From contig NC_134847.1 of NCBI RefSeq assembly GCF_965363235.1, positions 70,173,664 through 70,237,663 on the forward strand: DNA of 64,000 nt. Reading direction: 5' to 3'. The DNA is from Mytilus galloprovincialis. Taxonomy: Eukaryota. The notes under the pieces were generated by a model. It saw nothing but the letters and a program-made list of their open reading frames with translations, had not been told where the DNA came from and ran no database searches. How positions within the stretch are numbered: position 1 is the first letter of the stretch; the number at the start of each line of letters is the position of its first letter. Positions 37,176 to 49,451 of the stretch are shown piece after piece. Made by a program: the position numbers and the translations under genes.

Positions 37176-39814
37176 TATAGTTGTTTATATTGGTAATTTT
37201 TATTTATTTTTTTGTATGTATTTACCATTTATTTGTACAGTTTAATGAATTTGTACTATAGTTGTGACTGCATGGCTCACTAGAAAATTGTTAGCTGTCA
37301 GGAATGTATATACAGTTGAGAAAAGTTTATTCTTCAGTGTAAACTAAAACTCTTACTGCAATAGAGATCAGTCTATGGCTTGGCTTGTTGCAAGTTTGAA
37401 AAAATCAGTCCCTATCCTTAATAAGGAATTTTCAGTGACCATCAAAATAACATACTTTTGTTAATTATTGAATATGTTTGTGTCCTAGATGTACATGAAA
37501 TATTTACCACAGGTCATTATGGATACGACAATCAATAAATCATGCCATATTTGTATAAAATACTTCTTAATTTATTTCCTATGATTTTCAAAAGACATTT
37601 GAGATACATGAACATATTTGCCTGTCTTTGTTTAAGTGCTTCAGGATATTGATTTGATACAGATCAAGATCGAATTTTAGTTGGGTCTTATGATTATTAG
37701 CAGAATTGTGGTCCTTGACAGGCTAGTGCTATAGTAGTCCGACTGCAAATGGACAACTTAGATTGATTGATTGATTGTTGATTGTTGGTTGCTTTTAGAA
37801 CATCCAGACATCTGAGACACTGTAAGATGAATATATATGCCCAACAAGAAACAATGACCAAAATGAAATTAGCTGGCTGATCAGTATATGGTTGCCCCTG
37901 TCAACTGATACAATTATTAACTCAGGAACATATATATTGAGATATACTGTTTCCAGATTTTCTGTGGCTAGACCTTGATCTTTTTTTTTTAAATGTCCAT
38001 GTAATCAAATTTATAGGTGAGAAATGCAGGTGTCAAATTATGTAATTGGATATTGCCTGATAAAATGATACAAGTAATATCAGAATTTCATTCCATTGAT
38101 AAAGTTAAAACCCAATTACTGCCATGTCAAACGTTCAAGAAATTGATTCATTTGAAGAAAGATGTCTTCCGTTATTTTTCCCCAATGAAAATTTAATGTT
38201 GATACATATTTAAAAACTGTGCAATCTACTTCTTGTCTTGAATTCATATCACCAAACGTATTTGTTTGGTGAGGATGAATTCATATATTTTCATGGCTCT
38301 AGATTATGGTTGAAAAAAAGGTTTTATTAAAAAAAAATATAACAATATTTGGCATGATTGCCAGTGAGAAAAACTCCTGCAAAGACCAAATGACTTAGAA
38401 GTTAAAAGCTACAGGTCATCCTATGTTTTGTTTTTGGTTACCTGTTACATCTATCTCTCACAAATCTACAATCATGAATTACAGCGAGGCAAAAGATACC
38501 AAAGGTAGAAAATAAGCTGACAATGCCATGGCTGAAAAAAAAGAATAAATGAAATAAACAACAGAACAGAAAGTATAACATAGAAAACTAAAGAATGGAC
38601 AACATGAACCCTAACAAAAGCTGGGGGTAATTTCAAGTTCTTAAAGGTACAACATTGTCAAAGGTAAAAGGTAATGCAAGGATCATAATTAAAGTATAAC
38701 CAAATATTGGTTTTAAGTTGCAGGACATTAAAAGAAATAATGAAAAATATTTTCTTTAATTATGTAAATTTAAGTTCACTTTATTTAATAAATGTATTTG
38801 TTTATGTATGAAAAAAAAGGTTATCATACACTAGAAATGATTTTGGATATTTAAATCTTTTCATCGACCGGAATACTTTAAACCTAGAATACAGATGCCC
38901 TATATTCTGATGTTTGCACCAATCAATCATCGTTTGTTCTTGACCTCATTTTCCTAGTACAGTGGCTCATTCAAAAGTCTCAGTAATTTTTTTTCTTGAC
39001 AGTAACTTTAGACACATAGTTCGAGACTTAGGAATAATAATCTGCCGTTGCCAAAAAAACTTCGTATACAGCTTAATTTTCAGAGGTTAGAGGCCTGGAT
39101 GCTGGATTTTTTTTTTGAGCCATGGCCTTTTAAGTTTACTTTCGACTTATGAGTTTCAATGACCCATTGGTATCACTGGCCCCTCTTGTTTTCATCTTGT
39201 ACAAAGATCTATCGTTTTCAGTTCTTCGTAATTGGCCTTGGTTCAGTAACTGGTGAGAAAAAATGGCTTTGTTTTGTTAAGTGATTTTCGCATGGACTCT
39301 GACGGCTTCATTGATAACTGGTCAATAGTTTTTAAAGCAATTGCTTTTATGCTATCGCGTATGGCCATCTTTGTGACCCAGATCAGAGACTCCGCCCATA
39401 TCAAGCCATAGTATTTTGTTAAACAGGCTCCTGGTCTGTCATTCTTTAACACCTATGTATGTTTTCTAATGCAATACATAGCTTGAAACTTTAAAAAAAC
39501 GTTAGTGGATTTAAGAAGTTTCAGAATACGTTCTTGTAGATGTATTTTTGTATTTAAAGGGTCAACCGTTTGACTATCAAATAACATAGAAGTCCGAGTG
39601 AAAAAAAGTACATTTTTATAACTGCGATTCCGTTTTCCGCCGTTCGTACGATGTTTCAACAAAATATGGATTCATTTCAGTTGTTGATTTAGTATTGAAA
39701 ATTTAACTGAATTACCTCCTATTAAATACGGTTTTTAACCGGATTTTTGTGACAAAAATGTCGGTTATTGATTTGGGGATGTACGGCGGGCGGCCGGGCG
39801 GTCGGGCGGGCGGC

Positions 39815-40580
39815 AATCAAATGTTGTCCGTGCATTAACTCATGAACCGTTCAACCAAAGCTTTTAAAATTTTAATATGTTATTCCTGACAACTATACGA
39901 AGGTCAAGTTCAATAATGGCGATTTTGACTTTTACCGTTCAGGAGTTATGGTTCTTGAAAGATTGAAAAATGCAGTTGTCCGTGCATTTACGCATGAACT
40001 GTTCTACCAAAGCTTCCCAAATTTTAATATGTTGTTACTAATGAAAGAATGGAGGTCAAGTTCAATAATGACAAATTTGACTTTTATCGTTCAGGAGTTA
40101 TGGTTCTTGAAAGATTGAAAAATGGAGTTTCCAGTCGTGTCCGTGCATTTATGCATGAACTGTTCTTCCAAAGCTTCCGAAATTTTAATATGCTGTTACT
40201 GATGACAAAATGGAGGTCAAGTTCAATAATGACGATTTTGACTTTTACCGTTCAGGAGTTATGGTTCTTGAAAGATTGAAAAATGGTTTTTCCCGTCGTG
40301 TCCGTGCATTTTCTCATGAACCATTCAACCAAAGCTTTTGAAATTTTAATATGTTGTTACTGATGACAAAATAGAGGTCAAGTTCAATAATGACGATTTT
40401 GACTTTTACCGTTCAGGAGTTATGGTTCTTGAAAGATCGTAAAATGGTGTTTCCATTCAGGTTGTTGCATTTACTCATGAACCATTCAATCTAAGCTTTT
40501 CAAATTTTAATATGTTGATACTGATGACAAAATGGAGGTCAAATTTGATATTGACGATTTTCACTTTCACCATTCATCAG
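39815..40580. repeat. Tandem array with a 150-160-bp unit, about 5 copies (ccgtgcatt.actcatgaac.gttc.accaaagcttt.aaaattttaatatgttgttactgatgacaaaatggaggtcaagttcaataatgacgattttgacttttaccgttcaggagttatggttcttgaaagattgaaaaatg…)
   Basis: Direct periodicity. It is preceded by a GC-rich (CGGGCGG)n run at 39782-39820. ORF 40049..40279 is a repeat artefact. Confidence 0.85.
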
Positions 40581-41732
40581 TAATGGTTCTTGTGATATTG
40601 CCAGGACACAAATTAATGTTAATAAATCCGGTTTGCTGTCGTTGTGACAGCCTCTTGTATATGTTTAATTTGTGTTTCTTTAGGAGGTCAGGTGCTCTTG
40701 TTCATTCATAAAATTATCGTTCATTCATACATTTATCGTAAAATCAAAATCACTACACAGGTTAATGCGTAGTGTCAAATGATTACCTGTAATCTAAAAA
40801 TAGACAAACTTTGTTTGCGCAAATAATTTAGCGGAACGAAACCCTTGTTGAAAACACATAACAATAAGTTCGTTTTCCTTTTCTGTCAAACTCCGTAATA
40901 TTTATCGATCACCTTACTAATGAAATGGACCCGTCCAAACGTAGTAGATGCCAAGTCGGTCCAGGTGAAGTGGAATTTTCTAGTTACATAGATTGAAAAA
41001 AAGTACGTCTTTTTAAATATCATGATCAAAACTGGGAATGCATAACAAATGTCAGATGAAACCATTATCCTCGTCTTTTCAGTGAACAAGTCTACTACGT
41101 TTGTTGACACTCGACGGTCCACCGTGTTAGCAATTTTATTTCACATGTTTTCGAAATATTGAAGATCATTTTTCGCAATGTTTCCTGAAAATTGATAAAT
41201 GTCAAAGCAATGTAGAGCTGTTTGTTCTTGTTCGTATAATAAAATTGAGAATGGAAATGGGGAATGTGTCAAAGAGACAACAACCCGACCATAGAAAAAC
41301 ATACAACAGCAGAAGGTCACCAACAGGTCTTCAATGCAGCGAAAAATTCCCGCACCCGGAGACGTCCTTCAACTGGCCCTAAACAATACATCAGTGATAA
41401 CGATTTAATGTCATGTTTGTCTGTGATGACCCCCCCCCCTTTTCGGGATTGCATGAGAATTATAGTTATCTCGTACCCACATGCACTTGTTTCTATCCAT
41501 AGGAAGGTCGGCTATCCATATAAAACTATTTTGGATAGAAACAAGTGCCTGTGCTCGTACCGCATCAGAAGGACATACATGTATATCAACTGAGCAATAA
41601 TGTTTGGAACTTAGTTTTAAAAATGATGACAAAGTACCATTTATTTATGAAAATATTTTTATTAAGCTGAAATATATATTTATTCTTTACATGTTTATGT
41701 CTTGTAAGATATTTTATTTCTTTCCCGTTTTT

Positions 41733-42530
41733 ATACGCCCGTCAAAATTTTGACGGGACGTATTATGGTATACAAATGTCCGGTGTCCGTCCGTCTGTCT
41801 GTCTGTCCGTCCGTCTGTCTGTCCGTCCGTCTGTCTGTCCGGCTTAAACATGTCGCACCGTAACTTGAGAACGACTTATCCAAATTTCATGAAACTTAAC
41901 ATAGTTGTTTCTTATGATGGTCAAATGATCTGTATACTTTTTGGTGAAAATAAAATTAAAACTTTTTGAGTTACGGCACTTTGTAACTAAAACGGGTGTG
42001 TTTTTTTCACATGTCGCACCGTATCTCAAAAACGATTCTTGATTATGGCTTTAAACTTTAAACACTCTTAGTTATATTAATCTTAATATCTGTATACTTT
42101 TTGGTGATGATTCAAAATTTAATTTTTGAGTTATTGAGTATTTTGTAAAAAAGGGGGAGGGTTTTTTTTACATGTCGCACCATATCTCAAAAACGATTTA
42201 TGATTATTACTTAAAACTTTACACATGTCTTTGTTATATTAATCTGAAGATCTGTATACTTTTTGGTGATGATTCAAAATTTCATTTTTGAGTTATTGAG
42301 TATTTTGTAAAAAAGGGGGAGGTTGTTTTTTTTTTACATGTTGTGCCGTATCTCAAAAACAATTTATGATTATTGCTTAAAACTTTACACACTTCTTTGT
42401 TATATTAATCTAAAGATCTGTATACTTTTTGATGATGATTCAAAACTTTATTTTGGAGTTATTGGGTATTTTGTTAAACAGGGGAGGGTTTTTATGCAGT
42501 TAAGCTGCATTATGCGAGCACCCTAGATTT
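41733..42530. mobile_element. Composite element related to the 9629 family. It has a palindromic end tatacgcccgtcaaaattttgacgggacgta, a (GTCC/GTCT)n microsatellite at 41778-41840, and about four tandem units of about 160 bp (acatgtcgcaccgtatctcaaaaacgatt.atgattat…agggggaggg)
   Basis: The end architecture matches 34570 (hairpin, GTC-rich simple repeat, tandem array), but the internal array is different. A partial copy of the 160-bp unit lies at 45455-45710. Confidence 0.6.
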
Positions 42531-43824
42531 GTGTTCTACCCAATAAATCATAAGATACTTGCCATTGTTATTATCTAGCTTGCTACTATGTTATATATAA
42601 CTAATTGAACACTTTTTTAATACTTTTTATTCTGGATTACAAAAAAAATGACCAGAAAAACCTTAAATGATCGTCGATTTATCCAAAAGTTTTAAAGTTA
42701 CACATAGGAAGTAGTGCTTATTAAGAATCCTTGTGTAGTTCATTATGACTTGTGCTTTTAGCTAAGATGTCAAAGAACAATTGTATGAAATATTTAATCG
42801 CCGAAAATCTCTTAAGACAAGCAGTTTAGATTTCCCAAATGACAAAAGTCGTAGGAATATGGTTTGTCATCAATACGTAGTACAACTACGTCAGTAGTCT
42901 ATTATATAATAAGTTCAACTGTTCATGCTGTTGGCGGCAATTTCAAATTAGAAAAAGAAATTTTCGTAGCTTTTCAATTTGGAGGCAGGTGTGCAAATTA
43001 GCGGGGGTCCGAGGTCCGCGATCTTCCACTTTTGCAAGCGGAATTTCGACTAGGATAGTTGGTTTATAGCTACGCCCGACGTAGTCACCTTACATTTGAA
43101 AGAAAATAAGAAATTACTTTGCAAACCTTTTCACCATCAAAGTCTCCAATTAAACGAGCTAAAAACCTATTTTTATCAATATTATTCATGACGGCGATGT
43201 TCATTTTGTTCAACCGCTAGCTTTATACAGAAAATCGCCGACAAATATTGTATAAATTCGAGTAAAATCGTATCTGATTGACAAAAACAACATTGTAAAC
43301 ACATAACAATGGCGGCCGTGAAGACAAAATTTTACTAAATCGGTTCCGATTCCGGAAGCGGATAAGGGTAATTCCGGGTTTGGCGATCATTTACAAAATT
43401 AATCCAAGCAGGTGAAAAAATACATCTATGCATGGTAAATGAATATAAACACTAGTATTGTAAACCAAAAGAAAGAAAAAGCAGAAAAATATTTTATTCA
43501 GAAACTCAAAATTACTTTTTGACAAATTTTAATTTAAAAATCCAATACAACGTGACAGCTGGGAACAGTATATATCTAACAATATACATGTTCATGGTCA
43601 CAGTCTAAATTTTCTTTATAAATGATAAATGATGATAATGCATGTGAGATGCTTTTAAAGTGTAAACATATTACTGCAATTTCGAGGGGTTATTTGTTTT
43701 TTCTCAGGGCAATTTTGAAGGGTCAATTAAAGTAGCCGAAAGTTTCATTCTTTATTTTCACAAATAATGCAACTATATTATATATACCTTAATGTAAGTA
43801 CATCATATGATATATAGGTGGCAT

Positions 43825-44960
43825 TCTTTGGGACACTATACCCCCTCCTGTTTGATAACTTGGAAACGGTCGAGCTCCCCAACCCTAAACCATATGAGGG
43901 GCAGATCCAGGATTTTAGGTTAAGAAGGGCGCAAACTTAAATTTTCGCCGAGCAGAGCGAGGCTAAAAAAAAGAGGTAAAATTATCGGAATATTCTTTAT
44001 TAAGCTGAGAACAACCCATGCTTTGCAAATTTAAGCGGGGTGCAAGCCCGCAACCCTCCCCGTCTGAATCCGCCCCTGCATATATTCAAGTATAGGACAA
44101 TATAATAAATAAAAAATGAAATATAGGGGGAGTCCCTGGAGTTACCCCACCCCTCCTATTTGAGAACTTGGAAACGGTCGAGATCCACACCCCTTAACCA
44201 TATATATTCATGTTTGTGACAATATGAAAAATCAAATGAAATCTAGGAAGAGTCGCTAGGGGTCACCCCACCCCTCCTGTTTTAGACTTTAAAAATGGTC
44301 GAGATCCCCATCCCTAAACCATATATATTCATGTATGGGACAATATAACAAATCAGATGAAAGATAGGGGAGTCCCTGAGGTCACTGTTCACCCTCCTGT
44401 TGAGAACTTGGAAATGGTCAAGATCCTTACCCCTGAACCATATATACTCATGTATGGGACAATATAACAAATCAAATGAAATATAAGGGAAGTCCTTGTG
44501 GTCATCCCAACCCTCCTGTTTGAGAACTTGGAAACGGTCGAGATCCCCACACCAAAACAATATATATTCATGTATGGATCAATATAACTAATTAAATGAA
44601 ATATAGGGGCATTCCCTTGTGTCACCCTACCCTTCCTGTTTGAGAACTTGGAAACCAATGAGATCCCCATCCCTAAACCATATATATTCATGTATGGGAC
44701 AATATAACAAATAAAATGAAATGATGGGGAAGTCCCTAGGGTCACCCTACCCCCAGTGGCGGATCCAGAAATTTTCATAAGTGGGGCCCACTGACTGACC
44801 TAAGAGGGGCCCGCTCCAGTCACGCTTCAGTGATTCCCTATATAAGCAACCAAATTTTTCCCCAAAAAGGGGGTCCAGGCCCCCTGCCCCCTAAATCCTC
44901 TGCCTACCCCTACCTGTTTGAGAACTTGAAAACCGTTGAGATCCCCACCCCTAAATTATA
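43825..44960. repeat. Satellite with a 120-bp unit, about 8 copies (cccctcctgtttgagaacttggaaacggtcgagatccccacccctaaaccatatatattcatgtatgggacaatataacaaatcaaatgaaatataggggagtccctggggtcacccta)
   Basis: Periodicity of about 120 bp, with two inserted segments at 43900-44090 and 44755-44895. The latter is a copy of the repeat at 33950-34085. The minus-strand ORFs 44282..44560 and 44389..44778 are artefacts. Confidence 0.85.
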
Positions 44961-47235
44961 TATATTCATATGTATGGGTTAAAATAACAAATCATTTACA
45001 TTTACTATGGGCAAGTCAGTCAGACCTCACCTTTGATCCCTGTTGTAGTGAACATTTGTCTGATTCGTGTCTCATAACTTTTGTACTATGGAACACAAAC
45101 TCAGTTTTCTTTCAAGGGAAACCAGTCCATTCATACTATTACATGTTCATACTAAGTCAAATTGAACTTCTAGCAGTCAAATTAAACCAAGGTTAACTAC
45201 CAAGTAGAATAAAATGCAATCATTGGGAACTTGTACCACTGCAGACTCACCATAAAAAATATACATTGATATATGCATTGCTTTTGAAACCTTGATAACA
45301 TATAAACTATTTGCCTTAATAAATAAATCATTAGATAAACATTAATGTACTATATATGAATGTTTAATGTTGAGGCAACATTGCCACAGTTTTCATAATT
45401 ACGGTTGCCTTGGTTTTTGGTTAACTGCCTTCAGCGCTTACAGCGCTTTGATTTTACATGTCGCTCCGTATCTCAAAAATAATTTATGATTATTGCTTAA
45501 AACTTTACACACTTCTTTGTTATATTAATCTAAAGATCTGTATACTTTTTGGTTTTGATTCAAAGTTTTATTTTAGTGATATTTAGTTTTTTGTAAAAAA
45601 AAAAACAGGGTTGGGGGTTTCACATGTCCCGCCGTGTCTCAAAAACAATATATGGTTATTGCTTAAAACTTTCTCAGAAACTATTTATGATTATTGCATA
45701 AAACTTCCACACTAGACGTCGGGCGTATCATGCGCTCATGGCGCAGCTGTTTATTTAACATTTGCGTCTGGAAAGTTGAAATGTTTTAACTTAATCATTT
45801 GTGTTAATGGTTAAATATAAATTAATAATGAAAATTGTTAAAATTAAATCAATAAAGGAAATTATTGCCCAGTTACAAACACTACCAGGGGATAATCCAT
45901 GATGATTTCTTTTTGAGTTATATGTTTCAGCACATGTATATTTGACCCCAACTTTAGCCTGGTAAACGTGTTGTCTCCTTGTGAAATATAAAACATATTA
46001 AAAATGACTTTCTGCTAAAGTCTTTTATTTATATAAAGTTAAAACCTTCTTACTTCTAACTAGACAACACTCATGTCAGGTTTAATTATTATATATATGT
46101 GGATGAAAAATAAAAGTCCCCAAACATTAACATGACAGCAATTGCTTTTACAGCCTTTAAGGCTTTGATTTTTAATTGATTCTTTCTCTGATATTTTAAC
46201 TAATTGAACAACTTTATTTGGTGTATGCAATAATTTGAAGCGTGATAGTCAGTCTGGAAGCTGAATAGATCTGATTTTGACATTATTTCTAAAGTTCACT
46301 GGTTAATCATATTTTTTCTCATAATATAAGCAACATGTCAATATTCGGTAAATTCAATTATTGTACAGTGAACCTGTCCGCTTGGCACACAGGATACAAC
46401 AGATACAGATATGTCTGAAAACTTTTCATTTCTATGAAGCAATATACAAAAGGCGCCTGCATATGGTTATTAATCGCCAAGTTGATATGATTTGCAAGAG
46501 CTTACATTTCCGATCATGTTTCCTTGATAGAATATTATTGATATAATAACAAGGAGTTTTTAAACCAAAAATTCCGAATGATGAACTTGAAATTATTCCT
46601 TCGAAAACTTTATGGACTGATGGTTGACCGTTATAGAATATCTGTTTCAGTATAAAGTATCAAAGAAATTCTTATTTCAAGTAATAAGTAAGATACCTTT
46701 CACCATTAAAATTTAGTTTAAAGATAAGTTGAGATAGAAAATTTTCATTTGCCTTTAAGTAAAAAAAAAATCGATTATATCGTCATCGCTGATATCGAGC
46801 AATTATGATTGAATGGTATTAAGTATTGTCTTTATGAAGTTTAACTGAGGCAAATGTAGTTCACAAGAGTAAATTAATGAATCGGAAATAATGACGATGC
46901 AGCTAATAATATGTTACATTGGAATACAAATAACCAATGACCAGTAAAGAACGAACATAATTAGTTATCAAAGGTACCAAGATTATAATTTAGTACGCCA
47001 GACGCGCCTTTCTTCTACATTAGACTCATCAGTGACGCTCATATCAAAATATTTATAAAGCCAAAGTACAAAGTACAAAGTTGAAGAGCATTGAAGATCC
47101 TAAATTCCAAAACGTTGTGACAAATACGGCTAACTAAGGTAATATATGCCTGGGATAAGAAAATCCTTAGTTTTTTTTTCGAAAAGTGCAAAGTTTTGTA
47201 AACAGGAAATTTATAAAAATGACCACATTGTTGAT

Positions 47236-47238
<3 letters not shown>

Positions 47239-47266
<28 letters not shown>

Positions 47267-47679
47267 TCTTTATTTAAAGAGAGAACTCATTTGGATTAAA
47301 CCAATTTTCAATAAGGCTCTCTACATACAATGTTAACAATATGAATAAAAAATAATTAATCTACTATTACACACATGTAAACAATAGACATATATAAAGT
47401 AATATAACAACAACAACAAAAACAACTATGGTATACATTGTGGCTTAACTTATAAATTCAACACTTTTAAAAATAAAATGACTTGTAAGAGTTTTTGAAT
47501 GCAGATATACTTTTTGATTTTTAATTTCACTGGACGGTGAATTCCACACTTTTGGACCACTGAAAGAAAAACTTGATTTGTATAATTCTGTATTTGATTT
47601 AGGGACAATAACATTATCCGATGATGAAAGTCGAGTATTGTACAATAATTGCTTACTACTTGTAGGCACAATCAATATT
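47239..47679 (-). mobile_element. SINE-like insertion of 441 bp inside a retrozyme unit. On the minus strand it has a 3' (ATT)9 tail and is flanked by ATATT direct repeats. It is duplicated at 48039-48479
   Basis: A sister unit without the insertion at 48700-48860 defines the empty site (…ttgatatt|catgataacac). The flanks are tgATATT and caATATT. Confidence 0.5.
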
Positions 47680-47800
47680 CATGTCAACACTTAAGTGTTG
47701 ACTACTGGGCTGGTGATACCCTCGGGGACGAAACGTCCACCAGCATTGGCATCGATCCAGTGGTGTAAATAGTTATCAAAGGTACCCGAATTATAATTGA

Positions 47801-47848
47801 GTACGCCAGACTGACGTTTCGTCTGCATTAGACTCACCAGTAAAGCTC
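47801..47848 (-). ncRNA. Candidate hammerhead ribozyme core with the variant CUGGUGA box. The copy at 48601-48648 is identical
   Basis: Minus strand: gagcuuua-CUGGUGA-GUC-uaaugca-GAC-GAAAC-GUCagucuGGCGU-AC. Helix III (ACGUC/GGCGU) keeps its pairing through compensatory changes compared with other copies. Confidence 0.5.
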
Positions 47849-48035
47849 ATATCAAAATATCTATAAAGCCAAACAAGTACAAAGTTGAAGAGCATTGAAG
47901 ATCCAAAATTCCAAAAAGTTGTGCCAAATAAGGCTAAAGTAATATATGCCTGGGATAAGAAAATCCTTAGTTTTTTTTTCGAAAAGTGCAAAGTTTTGTA
48001 AACAGGAAATTTATAAAAATGACCACATTGTTGAT

Positions 48036-48066
<31 letters not shown>

Positions 48067-48947
48067 TCTTTATTTAAAGAGAGAACTCATTTGGATTAAA
48101 CCAATTTTCAATAAGGCTCTCTACATACAATGTTAACAATATGAATAAAAAATAATTAATCTACTATTACACACATGTAAACAATAGACATATATAAAGT
48201 AATATAACAACAACAACAAAAACAACTATGGTATACATTGTGGCTTAACTTATAAATTCAACACTTTTAAAAATAAAATGACTTGTAAGAGTTTTTGAAT
48301 GCAGATATACTTTTTGATTTTTAATTTCACTGGACGGTGAATTCCACACTTTTGGACCACTGAAAGAAAAACTTGATTTGTATAATTCTGTATTTGATTT
48401 AGGGACAATAACATTATCCGATGATGAAAGTCGAGTATTGTACAATAATTGCTTACTACTTGTAGGCACAATCAATATTCATGTCAACACTTAAGTGTTG
48501 ACTACTGGGCTGGTGATACCCTCGGGGACGAAACGTCCACCAGCATTGGCATCGATCCAGTGGTGTAAATAGTTATCAAAGGTACCCGAATTATAATTGA
48601 GTACGCCAGACTGACGTTTCGTCTGCATTAGACTCACCAGTAAAGCTCATATCAAAATATCTATAAAGCCAAACAAGTACAAAGTTGAAGAGCATTGAAG
48701 ATCCAAAATTCCAAAAAGTTGTGCCAAATAAGGCTAAAGTAATCTATGCCTTGGATAAGAAAATCCTTAGTGTTTCGAAAGGTTCAAAGTTTTGTAAACA
48801 GGAAATTTATGAAAATTACCACATTATTGATATTCATGATAACACCGAAATGTTGACTACTAGGCTGGTGATACCCTTGGGGACGAAACGTCTACCAGCA
48901 GTGGCATCGACCCAGTGGTGTAAATAGTTATCAAGGATTATAATTTA

Positions 48948-48995
48948 GTACGTTAGACGCGCGTTTCGTCTACATAAGACTTATCAGTGACTTGC
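48948..48995 (-). ncRNA. Candidate hammerhead ribozyme core with the variant CUGAUAA box
   Basis: Minus strand: gcaagtca-CUGAUAA-GUC-uuaugua-GAC-GAAAC-GCGCGUCUAACGU-AC. Confidence 0.45.
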
Positions 48996-49201
48996 ATAAA
49001 TAAGATATAAAAATGAACTCATGATTCAAATATTCCATTTGTACTATACAATGAATTTTACATGATATTTGAATGTACTTATTAATTAATATAATACTAT
49101 TTATTAAAAGAAAGAAAGAAAAAAAAGAAAGAAAAGGGTTAAATTCTTTCAGAAAATTGTTGAAGTTCATATTATAAAAAATAACTTACGATACAATATC
49201 T

Positions 49202-49242
49202 GGACCGGGTGAGTTTTCCAATGTTGAGTCAAATTAAGCCGA

Positions 49243-49285
<43 letters not shown>

Positions 49286-49451
49286 ATCAGCTTTGCAACC
49301 ATACTTCCTCCGGAACCCAAAAACTTTGGTTTCCCGGGGGCGGCCTACCAAGTAATTGACGCAACCCCGGCGGATCGCTAGTATGCATCCTTTATGGTCA
49401 GAACTACGACGGTATCTGATCGTCTTCGAAACCCTGACTTACATTCTTGAC
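49202..49451 (-). pseudogene. Fragment of an 18S (SSU) rRNA gene, about 250 bp, corresponding to …GAAGACGATCAGATACCGTCGTAG…GGAATTGACGGAAGGGCACCACCAGGAGTGGAGCCTGCGGCTTAATTTGACTCAAC…. It is a decayed pseudogene
   Basis: The reverse complement reads …ttcgaagacgatcagataccgtcgtagttctgaccataaaggatgcatactagcgatccgccgg…ggaattgacggaagggcaccaccaggagtggagccttcggcttaatttgactcaacattggaaaactcacccggtcc. There are several CpG to TpG substitutions relative to the universal conserved blocks, and no flanking rDNA. Confidence 0.8.

Larger units (their letters stand above)
46961..49000 (-). mobile_element. Tandem array of retrozyme-like units (base unit about 345-350 bp) carrying hammerhead cores. Two units are each enlarged by a 441-bp insertion
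   Basis: Hammerhead-bearing segments sit at about 46993, 47801, 48601 and 48948. The spacing 48601 to 48948 is about 347 bp. The 800-bp spacing 47801 to 48601 comes from duplicated insertions at 47239-47679 and 48039-48479. ORFs 47445..47675 and 48245..48475 (identical) lie inside those insertions. Confidence 0.65.

Noticed and set aside
44282-44778. Minus-strand ORFs with repeating …FHLICYIVPYMNIYGLGMGIS… peptides
   Set aside because: Artefact of the 120-bp satellite.
47445-48475. Identical 76-aa ORFs 47445..47675 and 48245..48475
   Set aside because: They sit inside the duplicated 441-bp SINE-like insertion. Their identity reflects recent tandem duplication, not conservation.
49202-49451. 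Possibility that the 18S fragment is foreign DNA from a symbiont, a parasite or contamination
   Set aside because: It is embedded in contiguous host-like AT-rich flanks. The substitution pattern is CpG to TpG decay of a metazoan or mollusc-type 18S, not a different lineage's 18S.
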